This document shows, one piece after another, positions 63,015-64,000 of a stretch of 64,000 nucleotides of DNA (positions within the stretch are counted from its first letter, which is position 1; every line of letters starts with the position of its first letter). The translations under genes were made by a program, and so were the position numbers. Source of the stretch: Podospora anserina (lineage: Eukaryota); the NCBI GenBank assembly GCA_017654855.1, contig CM030332.1, forward strand, positions 3,410,001-3,474,000, written 5' to 3'. Under the pieces are notes generated by a model. It worked only from the letters and a program-made list of their open reading frames with translations. It had not been told where the DNA came from and did no database searches.

Positions 63015-64000
63015 CTACAACCTTTTGTACCACAACCTCCTCACCTCACTTTCACGTTTGTCTCTGTCTGTATAAAACCATTCTGGAAGCCAGTCTTGAA
63101 AGTCTCTTTGTGAGCCTGGGTCTGCAGCAAAGGTAATCCCATCAATATTGGGCGGTGGCCTTGATGGGCTCGTTCGTGAGAATACTCTTGCGGTGTTAAA
63201 GTCGAATATCACAGCTCGTAGTGACGGGCTTTTCATGTTTCCAATAAACAGAATGTTGCGTGGTGAAAAGTCGTCTTGTGATATCCCTGCTGTCTTGAGC
63301 TTCAGGTATGACTTTACAGCGCACACATACGAGTAAACGCGGGCGTCGTCTGAGGCGGGCACCTGCTTGCTGTCAATCAACTCCTTCATGGTTGTTGACC
63401 CATTGAGAAACTCCATGAGAATCAATGGTACAGTCCTGGTGTAGGTGACACCATCAACAACGAGCTTGATCTTGAAAGAGAAGGACCCAAAGTATTCTGG
63501 GTAGCATCCCCTGATGCTTTCTTTCTCATGGCGTGTCTCGTATGCCTGGAGGTCCTCATAAGCAGCAGCCTCAACGCTGTGGTCGCGTGCTGCAGACCAG
63601 ACAACGTCCGTGAGCAGGCCAATATCTGTACTCCAGTAGTTGTAGTATAAGGGGTCGTAGATTTTGGCGACGTAGCATATGGTGTTGAGGTCATTGTCCC
63701 AGTGGCATGCTACAATTTGAGGCCCAACGCCATCGCCGCCGCGGATCACCGAATCGATGACCAAATATGGTCCTGAACTCGAAAGCTCAGGGGAGGATGA
63801 TGAACCTGGCAGTCCATCGGGCTCGAGACCTTTGATGCAAAATCGAGTTTGCGAGTGCTTTTGAATATCGGCGTGGCATTCAAAGACCTTGGGACCAGAA
63901 ACCCCCCTATAAGCCTGGCCGCCGAATGGAGGGAGAGGGGTGTACGGCTGAACTGCGAGTTTGAAGCCGGCGATATAAGGACAAGGTGGCTTCTCATGGT
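63015..64000 (-). CDS. Fungal protein-kinase-like protein (5' end beyond the window)
   Basis: Frame open to the window edge (PPCPYIAGFKL...); VAKIYDPLYY, EAAAYEDL, PEYFGSF, ILMEFL, QDDFSPRNIL, IFDFN. Confidence 0.8.
   Translation of the reverse strand, partial: HEKPPCPYIAGFKLAVQPYTPLPPFGGQAYRGVSGPKVFECHADIQKHSQTRFCIKGLEPDGLPGSSSSPELSSSGPYLVIDSVIRGGDGVGPQIVACHWDNDLNTICYVAKIYDPLYYNYWSTDIGLLTDVVWSAARDHSVEAAAYEDLQAYETRHEKESIRGCYPEYFGSFSFKIKLVVDGVTYTRTVPLILMEFLNGSTTMKELIDSKQVPASDDARVYSYVCAVKSYLKLKTAGISQDDFSPRNILFIGNMKSPSLRAVIFDFNTARVFSRTSPSRPPPNIDGITFAADPGSQRDFQDWLPEWFYTDRDKRESEVRRLWYKRL

Overview
Genomic DNA of a filamentous ascomycete. Short GT-AG introns with CTRAC branch points, microsatellite-rich spacers and strong C-rich/G-rich gene ends suggest Sordariales, Podospora-like (inference). 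The first ~11 kb is a decaying accessory segment. It holds a convergent pair of pseudogenes (a DUF6603-type gene and its usual 'PHxVLxDPQLPWER' partner) fused by a deletion, a probable RIP-damaged solo LTR, further gene relics and one orphan ORF. From ~11.5 kb the window is mostly conserved genes: SGNH hydrolase, ERB1, Zn2Cys6 TF, ERV29, cupredoxin-like membrane protein, ALG6, palC, LEO1, MOB2, MNR2/CorA, PIL1/LSP1, MAK31-like LSm, RAD2, old yellow enzyme, BTB protein, amidoligase-like protein, CFEM protein, pyroglutamyl peptidase, GT17 and a partial kinase-like gene. Four things stand out. (1) A thrice-repeated non-coding structural motif at 19.27-20.20 kb has invariant U-rich flanks around stems that differ in sequence but still pair, making it a candidate unannotated structured RNA or ENE-like element. 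(2) A protein-like, internally duplicated reading frame continues past the LEO1 UAG and is interrupted only by UAG codons, a candidate for A-to-I stop-loss editing. (3) The decayed DUF6603 gene pair. (4) A ~230-nt multi-branch foldback at 22.57-22.80 kb. All calls were made by reading the sequence; no database searches or folding software were run.
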